Origin: a virus
Length of the DNA stretch: 64,000 nt
Strand: one strand, 5' to 3'
Virus record (IMG/VR): IMGVR_UViG_3300044691_000274
Coordinates: 39,538-103,537 of that record
Under the pieces are notes generated by a model. That model made no database searches, was not told the origin of the DNA, and saw only the letters and a list, made by a program, of their open reading frames with translations. Below are positions 10,087-19,801 of the stretch, piece after piece; the first letter of the stretch is position 1; the number at the start of each line of letters is the position of its first letter. Position numbers and translations under genes: made by a program.

Positions 10087-10530
10087 ATGACTTGGGGCGC
10101 GTTGCGAGGTTTATCTGAAGAGGAACGCCGCGCGCATAAGCGTAGCGTCCATAAGGTGTGGCGTGCCAAGAACGCGGAGCACATACATAATTATCAGACG
10201 GAATACAGAGCTAAAGACCCTGAGAAGGCTAGGGTGGATAACGCCATTTGGCGCAAGAAAAACATAGATCACGTACGGGCAAAGAATAGAGTAAACAAAC
10301 TGAAAAGTATGTATGGCCTTACCGTGCCAGCTCTTGAAGCCATGAAACAAGCGCAAGCGTTTAGGTGTTTACTCTGCGATAAAGAGAAGCCACTGAACGT
10401 AGATCATTGTCATAAAACGGGGCAAGTACGCGGGTTACTATGTACGGACTGTAATACCTCGTTAGGTAAGTTCAACGATGACCCGAATATGCTACGCCGT
10501 GCTACTGCATATTTAGAAGGAACGCTGTGA
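10087..10530 (+). CDS. Endonuclease VII-type HNH homing endonuclease
   Basis: 'YGLT...Q..RCLLC...VDHCHKTGQVRGLLC..CNTSLG..NDD...L..A..YL'; visibly AT-richer than its flanks. Confidence 0.9.
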   Translation: MTWGALRGLSEEERRAHKRSVHKVWRAKNAEHIHNYQTEYRAKDPEKARVDNAIWRKKNIDHVRAKNRVNKLKSMYGLTVPALEAMKQAQAFRCLLCDKEKPLNVDHCHKTGQVRGLLCTDCNTSLGKFNDDPNMLRRATAYLEGTL

Positions 10531-11900
10531 TGGCTGTCACTCCCAACCTGGGCTTGACCTTAATGAGTAGTTCCCAAGCGCAGAAGGAGGCGGTGTTCAA
10601 CAACGCCATCGTCGCCTTTGATGCGCTGTTCAAGGGCTCGGTCATCAGCTTGGCGCTGAACACTCCGCCTGGCTCGCCTAGTGCGGGCGACATTTACATC
10701 GTGGCGTCCGGAGGCAGCGGGCTGTGGTCGGGCCACGATCACTCGATCACGTTCTATTTCAACGGCTGGCAGTTCTTCACTCCGCCCCTAAAACTCACGC
10801 TTTTCGACCAAAACACGGCTGAATTCTACACTTATCAGGGAGGTTCGACCTTCTGGGTCGCCAATCCTTCGGGCCTCGTCGCGGTCCTGAACGACCTCAC
10901 GAACGTCGCCGGCACGCCGACCAACGGGCAGGTGCTGACGTACAATACGAGCACAAGCAAGTGGGGTCCGGTCACGCCGTCCGCAGGCGCGCTCTCGGTG
11001 TTGACAGACGTCAACGTCACAGAGGGCAGCCCGATCGACGGCCAATACCTCATGTGGAACAATGGGACGAGCAAGTGGGTCGCCCACGCCGTCCCGACAT
11101 ACCCGACTGCTCTCACCGGCCTGACCGACGTCAATGTGACGGAAAGCTCGGGCATCGACACTTATTTGCTGTCCTGGCACAACTCGACTGGCAAGTGGGT
11201 CGCCATCGCGCCGACCGCGCTGACCTCGCTGGCCTCGCTCGCCGGGGTGGGCGACGTCACATACGGTTCAGGGCCGACGATCGGCGACGGCCTGGTCTGG
11301 AGCGGCTCGCACTGGGCGCCTTCGTCCTCGACCATGAGCTATAAGTTCGAGAGTCTGACGGACGGCCCCGGCCTGTTCGCGGGCCACGGCGGCTCGGTCG
11401 TCATGGTGGACGTCAGCGAGACGACGCTCGACTATATGACGCTGCCCACGCTCGCTTCGAACATGAACGCCAGCCTGGCCTACGCCGGCCTGAACGACGT
11501 CACCATCACCTCGCTGGCGACCGGTCAAGTCATGGTGTGGAGTGGAACGAAGTGGACGAACCAAGCCCACGTCGATTTCCCATGCGGGTCCGCCGTAGTC
11601 TCGACCGGCACGCACAACGTTGATCGCAGCGTCGGCGAAGTCCAGCGACTCAGCCTGACGGGCAACACCACCCTAACCGTATCCAACTGGCCGGCCTCGG
11701 GGCTCTTCGGGCGCCTGGTCCTAGAAATCCAGAACACCGGGGCGTTCAACATCACGACCTGGCCCACCGGCACGATCTGGCCGGGCGGCACCGTGCCGAC
11801 CATCACGCCGGGCAGCGGCAAGAAGGACGTCATCATCCTGATGTCGTTCGACGGCGGCACGACGATTTATGGTAGTGCAGCGGGACAGAATTTCAGCTAA
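10530..11900 (+). CDS. DUF2793 tail fibre/virion protein
   Basis: 'TPNLGL..M..SQAQKE..FNNA...D', 'PPGSPSAGDIYIVA...W.GH'; repeated 'L..LTDV......GQ.L.WN..KW' units. Confidence 0.85.
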   Translation: MAVTPNLGLTLMSSSQAQKEAVFNNAIVAFDALFKGSVISLALNTPPGSPSAGDIYIVASGGSGLWSGHDHSITFYFNGWQFFTPPLKLTLFDQNTAEFYTYQGGSTFWVANPSGLVAVLNDLTNVAGTPTNGQVLTYNTSTSKWGPVTPSAGALSVLTDVNVTEGSPIDGQYLMWNNGTSKWVAHAVPTYPTALTGLTDVNVTESSGIDTYLLSWHNSTGKWVAIAPTALTSLASLAGVGDVTYGSGPTIGDGLVWSGSHWAPSSSTMSYKFESLTDGPGLFAGHGGSVVMVDVSETTLDYMTLPTLASNMNASLAYAGLNDVTITSLATGQVMVWSGTKWTNQAHVDFPCGSAVVSTGTHNVDRSVGEVQRLSLTGNTTLTVSNWPASGLFGRLVLEIQNTGAFNITTWPTGTIWPGGTVPTITPGSGKKDVIILMSFDGGTTIYGSAAGQNFS

Positions 11901-11934
11901 GGTGTGCAATCAATTGCACCACAAATAGGAGAGC

Positions 11935-12381
11935 ATGATGCCCGGTGGAAAAGGACCGACCTTCGATGGTCAGCTTCTTGGACTAATTCTGAATGGCTCA
12001 CCGATCGCGAACATCGCGGACAACGCCGCGTCCTCGCCATTGACGAACCTGTATTTGTCGCTGCACACGGCGACTCCCACGGGAGGCAACCAAGGCACCA
12101 GTGAGGCGGCTTACACCAGCTACGCGCGCAAGGCGCTAGCCCGCAGCACCGGCAGTCCGTCGTGGACCATCTCGGGCGCGGTCGCGACCCTGGCGGCCAT
12201 CCAGTCGTTCGTCGCGGCGACCGGCGGCTCTGAGACAGAACAGTTTTGGGGCATTGGCGTGTCTGCCACCGCGCATGACACTGGCGAACTCCTTTACTGG
12301 GGTCCAGTCACTCCAAACATCGTGGTTTCCAGCGGTGTCACCCCGCAGCTCGGCACCGGGACGACTATCACCGAAGCCTGA
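11935..12381 (+). CDS. Putative virion structural (fibre/decoration) protein
   Basis: RBS AGGAGAG; 'LYLSLHTATP...EAAYTSYAR...F..ATGG' recurrent phage virion motif. Confidence 0.65.
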   Translation: MMPGGKGPTFDGQLLGLILNGSPIANIADNAASSPLTNLYLSLHTATPTGGNQGTSEAAYTSYARKALARSTGSPSWTISGAVATLAAIQSFVAATGGSETEQFWGIGVSATAHDTGELLYWGPVTPNIVVSSGVTPQLGTGTTITEA

Positions 12382-12415
12382 TCTCAGGTTTGCAAGTAAC
12401 TGCAACAGAAGGACC

Positions 12416-13075
12416 ATGCCAATGCGCGCTTCTCTCTTCGCTCTCGGACTCGCCGCTCTTCTCTCCAGCCCAGCCGCAGCGGCGCTCGTCAACGAGGGTG
12501 AGTGGACCCTCGACACGACCACGAACCTGGAGTGGCGACATCCACAGCTAACGCGAGGTGTTGAAGACCCGTTGGGCGCAGGCGGCTTGGCAGGTGCAGG
12601 GTGGAACTACGCAAGCGGTGATGAGTTTTTGGCCCTTGTGACCGATTACGTTGGCCCTGCAGTAGGAGCTTTGCCACCGATAGACCTAAGCGCAGACGGG
12701 AACGTCGTGGGGTACAGCACGTCCTATTTTCTGCCAGTAATTCAATTAATAGGGGCATTAGGCGGGCCTACCTACGCTGTAAGCTACAACGATCCGGGGG
12801 CATATCGTGTGCACAGTACCCAGTACGAGCAGATGTCTATTTGGGGCATACTTGAGGTGAGCCCTAACCAATACGCTGAAGGTTACCTTATTTCGGACCT
12901 GTGGCCGACGTCTGCGGGCGCGTGGGCCTACGGAGACTCCAACGGCGGGGTAGCACAGTTCGAAGGCAGCTTCTTAGTTCGGGAGGCCCCTGCTCCAGAA
13001 ATCTCGACCATGCTCATGATGCTCATGGGCTTCGTGGGCCTCGGTTACGCCGGTCGGCGCCGCGCGGTGATCTAA
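12416..13075 (+). CDS. Secreted protein with PEP-CTERM-like (PEPxxWA-type) sorting signal
   Basis: Signal peptide 'MRASLFALGLAALLSSPAAA'; 'LDTTTNLEW'; C-terminal 'APEISTMLMMLMGFVGLGYAGRRR' (motif + TM + Arg cluster). Confidence 0.85.
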   Translation: MPMRASLFALGLAALLSSPAAAALVNEGEWTLDTTTNLEWRHPQLTRGVEDPLGAGGLAGAGWNYASGDEFLALVTDYVGPAVGALPPIDLSADGNVVGYSTSYFLPVIQLIGALGGPTYAVSYNDPGAYRVHSTQYEQMSIWGILEVSPNQYAEGYLISDLWPTSAGAWAYGDSNGGVAQFEGSFLVREAPAPEISTMLMMLMGFVGLGYAGRRRAVI

Positions 13076-13076
13076 G

Positions 13077-15086
13077 ATGGCCTACGCTAACGCAGCCGGG
13101 CAATACGTCAACTACGGCAATGGCACGACGACCGGCTATTACGCCCTGACCAAGTGGGCGGCCGGCGCGGCGGTGACCGTTGGCATGCTGCGCCGACAGC
13201 TTACGGTGACAGGGTTCGTAGCCGAGCGGGTGTTCGTCTGCATAGTCGCCGGCACCACTGGATCGACTGAGCCTACGTGGGTGTTGACCAAAGGCGCGCG
13301 GTCGCCCGCTACAGGCACTGACGGCACAGCTGTTGTCTGGATGGAAGTGACTGGGCAGCCAGGCGTCAACGGCGACGTGACAGCGAGGACAGACGGCGTC
13401 GTCAACTGCCCTCAGTGGACTGTCAGCTCGACCCCGGCCCTTGGCACAATCATCTACGTCCCGAGCAACGGGTCACTGCAAATATGCACCACCTCGGGAG
13501 CTGGCGGAGCCACTATACCAGGAACGTTCAGCACGACGCCAAGCACCCCAGCAGCAGATGGCTCGGCGTCGTGGACCAGCCTTGGATTGGCCAGCAGCTT
13601 CAGCATATGGAGCGCGCCACACGCGCGCCTGAATAACGCCTGGACGTCCACGTGGGGCTTCGCCGGACAAGATTTCTACGTCTCCTCGATCCACGCGGAG
13701 ACCCAGAGCACTGCGATGACGCTCACTAGCCCAGGCACGGTCACGACGCCGTGCCGAGTGATCTGCGTCGCCCAGTCGCCAGCCTCAACGCCTCCCGGCT
13801 CGGCTGACGTGACCACAGGCGCGTCGATCTCGACGAGTGGCAACACCGACATGAGCCTGTGCCCTGGCACGAACATGACCTATATCTACGGCGTCGCGTT
13901 CACGTGCAGCAACGGAGCGGGCGCGAGCGGGACCTTCTCGATGGCGGTAGGCGTCGCCACTCTCACGCTCGAAAACTGCTCAGTCGTTTTGGGTACGACG
14001 TTTGGCAATCCGTTGAAGGTCGGACCGGCCACCGCCAGCCAGCAGGCGACTGTGCTCTGGAACAACGTCAAGTGGGCATCCGGCAATTCGGCCCAGGCGA
14101 TCCAGGTACAACAGGCGGATTTCACCTGGAGGAACACGCCAAGCGGCGCGTTCAGCGGGGCGCAAGCCGGCAACCCTGCTGTTCAGGCCAACCCCGGTCC
14201 ATGCAACATTTTGTTGGAAGGGCTCGATCTCAGCAACAACACGCACCCTGTCGTTGGTTCGGTATCCGGCGGGACAGGCTACGCTTGCGTCAAAGACTGC
14301 AAACTGCCCCCTGGTATAGCTTGGGGGGTAGCAGGGACCGGGGCCAATTTCACGGTAGACTTGGTGCGCAGCGACACTGCTGGGGCCACGTATCGCAATG
14401 AGCGCCTCTCGTCCCAAGGGTCGCAGACGACCGACACCCAATTCTATCGAAACGGCGGCGCGTCGGATGGCACCACGCCGGTCTCACATATGATCGTCAC
14501 TTCTTCGAATGGCTTGCTCTCGACCTGGAACCCGTTCCTTGGCCTCCCGATCGCCATCTGGAACGGCACGACGGGGTCGAGCGTGCATGTCACGCTGTTC
14601 GGTATTGTCAACGCAGCGGTGGTGCCTAACAACGACGGGTTCTGGTTTGAAGCCGAATATCTCGGGACGTCGGGGTCCGCCGTCGGCTCCTTCGCTTCGG
14701 CCTTCAAGGCGAACGTCCTAGCAGCTCCAGCCGCGCTCACGGCTGACAGCACTTCGAGCTGGTCCGTAGGCGCACCCTTGCGAACCAACGGTGGATCGTA
14801 CAGCCCTGCCGACCCCCCGATCGCGGTGGCGAGCAACCCCGGTCGGCTGTTTTTCTGCACCACTACCGGAAACTCAGCAGGCTCCGAGCCGACAGGCGTT
14901 GGCGGCTATAGCGCGTGTATCGACGGTGGCTCCGTGACGGATAACACAGCGGTGTTCCGCGCAGGCTGCCGGTTCTCGGTGAGCCTCAACGTCACTCCGC
15001 AGCAGGCCGGCTACATCTACGCTTATCCGAAATATGCGCAGATGAGCACGTCCTACTTTATCGACCCGCTGATCGTGCTGACCTAA
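13077..15086 (+). CDS. Putative virion fibre/adhesin (Thr/Ser/Gly-rich, beta-helix-like core, repeated CBM-like modules)
   Basis: Three 'C.xxGxxG..EP.W....DG...W'-like modules; beta-rich middle; structural gene context. Confidence 0.65.
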   Translation: MAYANAAGQYVNYGNGTTTGYYALTKWAAGAAVTVGMLRRQLTVTGFVAERVFVCIVAGTTGSTEPTWVLTKGARSPATGTDGTAVVWMEVTGQPGVNGDVTARTDGVVNCPQWTVSSTPALGTIIYVPSNGSLQICTTSGAGGATIPGTFSTTPSTPAADGSASWTSLGLASSFSIWSAPHARLNNAWTSTWGFAGQDFYVSSIHAETQSTAMTLTSPGTVTTPCRVICVAQSPASTPPGSADVTTGASISTSGNTDMSLCPGTNMTYIYGVAFTCSNGAGASGTFSMAVGVATLTLENCSVVLGTTFGNPLKVGPATASQQATVLWNNVKWASGNSAQAIQVQQADFTWRNTPSGAFSGAQAGNPAVQANPGPCNILLEGLDLSNNTHPVVGSVSGGTGYACVKDCKLPPGIAWGVAGTGANFTVDLVRSDTAGATYRNERLSSQGSQTTDTQFYRNGGASDGTTPVSHMIVTSSNGLLSTWNPFLGLPIAIWNGTTGSSVHVTLFGIVNAAVVPNNDGFWFEAEYLGTSGSAVGSFASAFKANVLAAPAALTADSTSSWSVGAPLRTNGGSYSPADPPIAVASNPGRLFFCTTTGNSAGSEPTGVGGYSACIDGGSVTDNTAVFRAGCRFSVSLNVTPQQAGYIYAYPKYAQMSTSYFIDPLIVLT

Positions 15087-15090
15087 GCCC

Positions 15091-15492
15091 ATGGCTCGCC
15101 AGGCAGGTCTATACACGAACGGCCTCGGAGCGATCTTCGTCAATGAGACGAGGGCGGGCCAAGTCGGCTTGCCTGGCGAGTTCTTCGACGAGACGTCTGG
15201 CCTCACGGTCCACGCCGCGACAGGCTCAGCCACGGGCCAGGCTTCGGTGTCCGGCCAGGGCAAGGCGCTGTTCACCGGCAACGGCAGCGCGACCGGCCAG
15301 GCGTCAGTGTCGGGCTCGTCGTCCTCGGGCAAGCTCGTGACGGGCACTGCCGCAGGGCAGGCGTCGGTCTCAGGGCAGGGCCAGTCGAAGGCTCTGGCCA
15401 ACGGCTCCGCCACCGGCCAGGCGTCCGTCTCGGGGCAAGGACGATCCATCACAAGGAACGGCGGGGCCATCTTTCTGCTGATCGGGGTGTGA
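15091..15492 (+). CDS. Small repeat-containing virion protein
   Basis: Four 20-aa repeats 'GSATGQASVSGQG'. Confidence 0.65.
   Translation: MARQAGLYTNGLGAIFVNETRAGQVGLPGEFFDETSGLTVHAATGSATGQASVSGQGKALFTGNGSATGQASVSGSSSSGKLVTGTAAGQASVSGQGQSKALANGSATGQASVSGQGRSITRNGGAIFLLIGV
15223..15441 (+). repeat. Coding tandem repeat, 4 units with 60-bp period
   Basis: Units at 15223, 15283, 15343, 15403 encode G[ST]A[TA]GQASVSG. Confidence 0.85.
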
Positions 15493-15599
15493 CCTCCACA
15501 CATAGGTCATGTTTCCGCGATTAACCAAAAGAATTGCGGCTATCGCCAGTTGCTAAAAAGTCCAAAGCGTGCAATTAAATTCATTCTCAGGAGCCTGTC

Positions 15600-16559
15600 A
15601 TGTCCGTAGGCGATTTCCCAAAAGCGCTCCTCCGCATCCTCGTCTATGAGGGCGGCAAGGTCGACAATCCCAAGGACCCAGGTGGGCGCACGAACAAAGG
15701 CATCACCCAGGGGACCTATAACGCCTATCGCCGTCAGATCGGCAAGGCGCCGCAGGACGTCTACCTGATTTCGGACGCCGAAGTCGCGACGATCTACCAG
15801 CTCCGATACTGGAACGTCATGGCGTGCGACAGCCTGCCGGCCGGGCTCGACCTGGCTGTCATGGACGGCGGCGTCAACTCGGGCTGTGGCCAGTCCGGCA
15901 AGTGGCTCCAGCACGCCCTGGGCGACACGTTCACCGGCACGGTCGACGGCCTCATGGGGCCGAAGACGATCCAGGCGATCGAGGACTACGGCGACGTCGA
16001 GAAGCTGATCGGCGCATACTGCTCGCGGCGCCTCGCCACCCTCCACAGCCTTAAGACCTGGAAGACCTTCGGGCCTGGCTGGTCCGCGCGCATCGCCAAC
16101 GTTCTCAAGACCTCGGACGCCTGGGCATCGGGAGCAGAGGCTCCGCACCCGGTAGACGTCACAGCGGCCGGCGGCCACCAGAAGGCCAAGGTCACCGACA
16201 TCAAGCCGGCCCCAATCTCGCAGATCACAGCCCACGCTACGGCCGGCATCAGCGGCATCGGCGCGGTCGCAAGCAACTCAGCCGACCAGCTCAAGCCGCT
16301 CACCGACACGCTCCCGCACTGGCAGTGGCTCACGTATGGCATGTCTGGGCTCGCCATTACCGGAGTGCTTGCCGGCATCGCGGTCAAGATCATCAACGAC
16401 GTCCGCAACCAGGCCGAGAAGGGCTCAGCCACGGCAACGGTCGATCTGGACGCCGACAGCGCGCATCCGCAGGTCGCGGTCAACGACAACGCGGCTCCGG
16501 CCATCGCATTCGACCCTGATGCGGCCAAGCTGTTGCAAGTAACTGCACAGGCGGCCTGA
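15600..16559 (+). CDS. Endolysin, glycoside hydrolase family 108 + PG-binding domain, C-terminal hydrophobic segments
   Basis: 'YEGGKVDNPKDPGGRTNKGIT', 'LPAGLDLAVMDGGVNSG', 'VDGLMGPKT', 'TFGPGWSARI'. Confidence 0.93.
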   Translation: MSVGDFPKALLRILVYEGGKVDNPKDPGGRTNKGITQGTYNAYRRQIGKAPQDVYLISDAEVATIYQLRYWNVMACDSLPAGLDLAVMDGGVNSGCGQSGKWLQHALGDTFTGTVDGLMGPKTIQAIEDYGDVEKLIGAYCSRRLATLHSLKTWKTFGPGWSARIANVLKTSDAWASGAEAPHPVDVTAAGGHQKAKVTDIKPAPISQITAHATAGISGIGAVASNSADQLKPLTDTLPHWQWLTYGMSGLAITGVLAGIAVKIINDVRNQAEKGSATATVDLDADSAHPQVAVNDNAAPAIAFDPDAAKLLQVTAQAA

Positions 16560-16561
16560 CC

Positions 16562-16816
16562 ATGCTCGCAATCGCCACGTTCTTCATCGGCCCGATCGGT
16601 CGCTACGTCGCTCTCGCCCTCGCGGCAGGGGCGGCTCTCGGCTGGTACACGGTCCACGAGCGGAACATTGGCGCAGCGAAGGTCACGACTCAAATCGAAG
16701 AGCAGAACAAGGAAGCTGATCATGAAGCGGAAGGCATACGCAACGGGGTTCAGCGTAATTGCGCTGTTGTCCCTCTCCCTGCTGACTGCGTGCGCGACGG
16801 TTGGTCCCGAGACTAA
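16562..16816 (+). CDS. i-spanin (Rz-like)
   Basis: N-terminal TM then short coiled coil; directly after endolysin; overlaps a lipoprotein ORF. Confidence 0.7.
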   Translation: MLAIATFFIGPIGRYVALALAAGAALGWYTVHERNIGAAKVTTQIEEQNKEADHEAEGIRNGVQRNCAVVPLPADCVRDGWSRD

Positions 16817-16946
16817 AGCCGGGGCCTGCAACATCTTCAAGCCGATCACGACGTCGGTCCAGGACACACAGCCGACCAAGACGCAGGTTTTCGCTCACAA
16901 CGCAGTGGGCCACAAAGAATGCGGATGGACTCCGCCCAAGTCCTAA
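16722..16946 (+). CDS. o-spanin (Rz1-like lipoprotein)
   Basis: Lipobox 'LLTAC'; overlaps the i-spanin in another frame; Cys-containing C-terminus. Confidence 0.75.
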   Translation: MKRKAYATGFSVIALLSLSLLTACATVGPETKAGACNIFKPITTSVQDTQPTKTQVFAHNAVGHKECGWTPPKS

Positions 16947-16970
16947 GTTTGTCACCCGTGAGTAACCCCC

Positions 16971-17297
16971 ATGGCCGATCCAGCAGCCGCCTTCGATTGG
17001 TACGAGGTGCTCAAACAGTGGTCGAACCCGGCTGCGATCATCGGGATCGGGGCTGTGGTCTGGAGAGTCGCGAGGGGCAAAGTGGCAGCCGGGCTTGAAC
17101 ACTTGCAGCTGCGTCACGACCACGACGAGCTGAAGACGTCCCACGAGAAGCTGGCTGAGAAGGTCACCGCCGTCCGCGAGGCGATCGCCACGCTGGCCAC
17201 GAAAGACGACTTGATGAAGCTCGGAGACCGAGTAGCCGACCGCGTAGACGCGAACTTCGGCCACCTGGTCAACCTGCTCAAAAAAGAGCACCAGTAA
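16971..17297 (+). CDS. Membrane protein in lysis cassette (holin/antiholin-like)
   Basis: One TM 'PAAIIGIGAVVW' plus coiled coil; position in cassette. Confidence 0.5.
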   Translation: MADPAAAFDWYEVLKQWSNPAAIIGIGAVVWRVARGKVAAGLEHLQLRHDHDELKTSHEKLAEKVTAVREAIATLATKDDLMKLGDRVADRVDANFGHLVNLLKKEHQ

Positions 17298-17309
17298 GGA
17301 GAGTTCGGT

Positions 17310-18920
17310 ATGGCCAGGACGCTTTCTGACAAAGAAGCCGCCCGCACGAAACGTGCATTCGAACTCAGCGACCATAATGTTACCGAGACCGCCCGCCGGA
17401 TGGGCATAAGCCGCACCACCATCCGGGACCGCCTCATTAAGATGGGGCTCACGGACAACGCCAAGACCACCAAGAAGCCGGACGTCGTCGGCGCCAAGAA
17501 GGTCTGGGCTGCGCCCGCTAAGACGCGCGTCGTCATCATGACCGGAGTGCAGGACGACTCGGGCATGGTGCCTGGCTGGCAGAACCTGCTGGCCTATACC
17601 AAGAAGCGCGACGGCGAGTTCCTCGTCGGGGGCTTCACCTACGACAAGAAGCTCTACACGGATCACGAGACCAAGACGGCGTTGTTCCATCACGACGTGC
17701 TGCCTTACATGAACGGCGAGATCATGCAGCTTGCGCCGCGCCTCGTCTGGTACGGCGACTTCAACGTGCTGCCGACCGCCGCCGACCCGCTCACCGGCTG
17801 GGACACGAACACCAAGGACAGTTGGGCCGTGTTCCCTCACGCCAAGATCGGCCTGAAGTGTGTCCCGACGATGCCAGGCCGGCCAGGCAAGCAGATCATG
17901 ACCACCGGGGTCATCAGCCGCGCGAATTACATCCGCAAGAACGCCGGCCAGAAGGCCGAGTTCCATCACACCCACGGCGCCACAATCGCCGAGATCAAGC
18001 CGGACGGCACGTTCTTCTGCCGCCAGCTGATCCTGCTCAAGGACGGATCGTTCCAGGACCTGGACGTTATGGTCAAGGACGGGAAGGTCACAAAAGGGCC
18101 GCCGGTAGAGGCCATCACCTGGGGCGACATCCACCGGGAATGGCTCGACCCGACCGTCGCGCGCGTCTGCTGGGGTTTCGACGTCGAGACCGGTGCAGTT
18201 AACGGCACGTCGATGCTCGACGACCTTCGGCCGCGCCACCAGTTCTTCCACGACTCGTTCGACTTCAAGGCCCGGAACCACTGGACCCGCAACGACCCGC
18301 ACGAGCGGCAGAAGCGCAACTACGAGAACTGCAACAGCGTCACGGACATGCTGGACAGCACCGCGCAGTTCCTCTCCGCGACCCGCCGCGACTTCTCGAA
18401 GAGCGTCCACGTTAGCTCGAACCACAACGACGCGCTCGACCGCTGGCTGAAGTCGCCGGACGGCCACATGGACGCGAAGAACGCCCAAATCTGGCATGAG
18501 CTGAACGCGGCTTGGCACGGCGCGATCAAGGAGGGTGACCTCCGGTTCGAGGCGTTCGCCTACGCGCTGCAGAAGCGGGACTGGAACCTCGACGACGTCG
18601 CCTTCGTCCGGCGCGGCGAGAGCTACACCATCTGCCAAGCCACACAGCCGGTCGAGTGCGGCCTTCACATGGACGTGGGTCCACGCGGCGCGCGCGGCAG
18701 CGCCAAGGGCCTCAGCAAGATCGTGGAGCGCGTCAACGGCGCCCACACGCATGAGCCCGCGATCGTCGAAGGCGTCTACGTCGCCGGCACCAGCACGGTC
18801 CTGGACATCCCTTACGCCACGCGCGGCCCGACCGGCTGGGCGCAGGCTGAGATCATCACTTACGAGAGCGGGAAGCGCGCGATCGTGACCATCAGCAACG
18901 GAGGATACCGTGCGTCTTAG
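17310..18920 (+). CDS. HTH + calcineurin-like metallophosphoesterase (resembles T5 A1-like family)
   Basis: N-terminal HTH 'NVTETARRMGISRTTIRDRL'; motifs 'GDIH', 'HDSFD..ARNH', 'SNHND', 'GLHMD.GPRGARGS', 'AHTH'. Confidence 0.7.
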   Translation: MARTLSDKEAARTKRAFELSDHNVTETARRMGISRTTIRDRLIKMGLTDNAKTTKKPDVVGAKKVWAAPAKTRVVIMTGVQDDSGMVPGWQNLLAYTKKRDGEFLVGGFTYDKKLYTDHETKTALFHHDVLPYMNGEIMQLAPRLVWYGDFNVLPTAADPLTGWDTNTKDSWAVFPHAKIGLKCVPTMPGRPGKQIMTTGVISRANYIRKNAGQKAEFHHTHGATIAEIKPDGTFFCRQLILLKDGSFQDLDVMVKDGKVTKGPPVEAITWGDIHREWLDPTVARVCWGFDVETGAVNGTSMLDDLRPRHQFFHDSFDFKARNHWTRNDPHERQKRNYENCNSVTDMLDSTAQFLSATRRDFSKSVHVSSNHNDALDRWLKSPDGHMDAKNAQIWHELNAAWHGAIKEGDLRFEAFAYALQKRDWNLDDVAFVRRGESYTICQATQPVECGLHMDVGPRGARGSAKGLSKIVERVNGAHTHEPAIVEGVYVAGTSTVLDIPYATRGPTGWAQAEIITYESGKRAIVTISNGGYRAS

Positions 18921-19290
18921 GGGCAAGATCAGCAAACTCTACCTGGCAGGCCCGATGCGGGGCTACCCACGGTTCAACGGCGATGCGTTCGAGTATTGGG
19001 CGGAGACGCTGCGCGAGGCCGGCTACGAGGTGTTCAGCCCACGCGAGAACTCGATCAAACTGTTCGGCAAGGCCGTCTACGAAAATGCCGACGGAGACGA
19101 AGGCGCGATGGGCGGGGACGAAGAGCACATCTCGCGGACGGTCTTCGCGATCGACTGCCACTGGATTTGCACGCAGGCGCACGCCGTCGCGCTCATCAAG
19201 GGCTGGGAAAAGAGCAGGGGCGCGAGCGCCGAGTCAGCCGTCGGCCTGGCCATCCCGATGCTCGTTCTGCCGGTCGAGGAATATATCTGA
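18910..19290 (+). CDS. DUF4406 / nucleoside 2-deoxyribosyltransferase-like protein
   Basis: 'LYLAGPMRGYPRFN', 'VFSP', 'GWEKSRGASAE'. Confidence 0.85.
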   Translation: MRLRGKISKLYLAGPMRGYPRFNGDAFEYWAETLREAGYEVFSPRENSIKLFGKAVYENADGDEGAMGGDEEHISRTVFAIDCHWICTQAHAVALIKGWEKSRGASAESAVGLAIPMLVLPVEEYI

Positions 19291-19320
19291 GCAGTGCAAT
19301 CACTTGCACGGGAGCGCGTA

Positions 19321-19791
19321 ATGAGTGAAACCACCGACCTCATGGACCAGCCAGACGCGAAGTCTTTGCTTGCCGTGCAGGCCGACGGCACCCCCGCGCC
19401 GCTGTTCGCCAACGCCTCCGACAACCCCGACAACCCGAAGGACAAGTTCGGCAAGGCCAAGGTCTGCGTCCACTTCATCCCCATGATCGCGATGGCCATG
19501 GAGGCAATCGTTATGCGGGTTGGCGCCATCAAATACGGATGGTTCAACTGGCGCGAGAAGAAGGTCGAGGCGGAAACCTACCTCGACGGCATGTGGCGGC
19601 ACTACGCGCTCTGGCAAGCGGGCGAGGACAACGACGACGAGACCGGGGTGAGCCACCTGGCCTCCGTCCGCGCCGGCTGCGGCATCCTGATCGACGCGCA
19701 AGCGCAGGGCATGCTGATCGACAACCGCAAGCCAGACGCGGCGCTGATCGCATTCATCAAGTCGCAGGTGAAACCTGTCAGCATGATCTGA
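19321..19791 (+). CDS. dATP/dGTP diphosphohydrolase domain protein (DUF5664-like)
   Basis: 'NPKDKFGKAK', 'GAIKYGWFNWR', 'RH...W..GEDNDDETGVSHLA'. Confidence 0.88.
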   Translation: MSETTDLMDQPDAKSLLAVQADGTPAPLFANASDNPDNPKDKFGKAKVCVHFIPMIAMAMEAIVMRVGAIKYGWFNWREKKVEAETYLDGMWRHYALWQAGEDNDDETGVSHLASVRAGCGILIDAQAQGMLIDNRKPDAALIAFIKSQVKPVSMI

Positions 19792-19801
19792 GGAGCGCGC
19801 C

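Noticed and set aside
1-11900. Gene transfer agent cluster
   Set aside because: Tail genes are GTA-like, but a full replication module, integrase and many accessory genes indicate a true phage
13477-13488. TGCAAATATGCA as a TGCA box
   Set aside because: Spacer is 4 nt, not 6
10527-15492. Diversity-generating retroelement or invertible tail-fibre switch
   Set aside because: No reverse transcriptase, TR/VR pair, invertase or inverted fibre segments seen
16683-18935. Long minus-strand ORFs (750 aa here; also 24274-25578, 44570-45658, 1864-2970)
   Set aside because: Antisense shadows of high-GC + strand genes; no recognisable motifs or RBSs
18910-19791. 2-aminoadenine (Z) genome pathway
   Set aside because: No PurZ or DNA polymerase in this window; the diphosphohydrolase alone is insufficient
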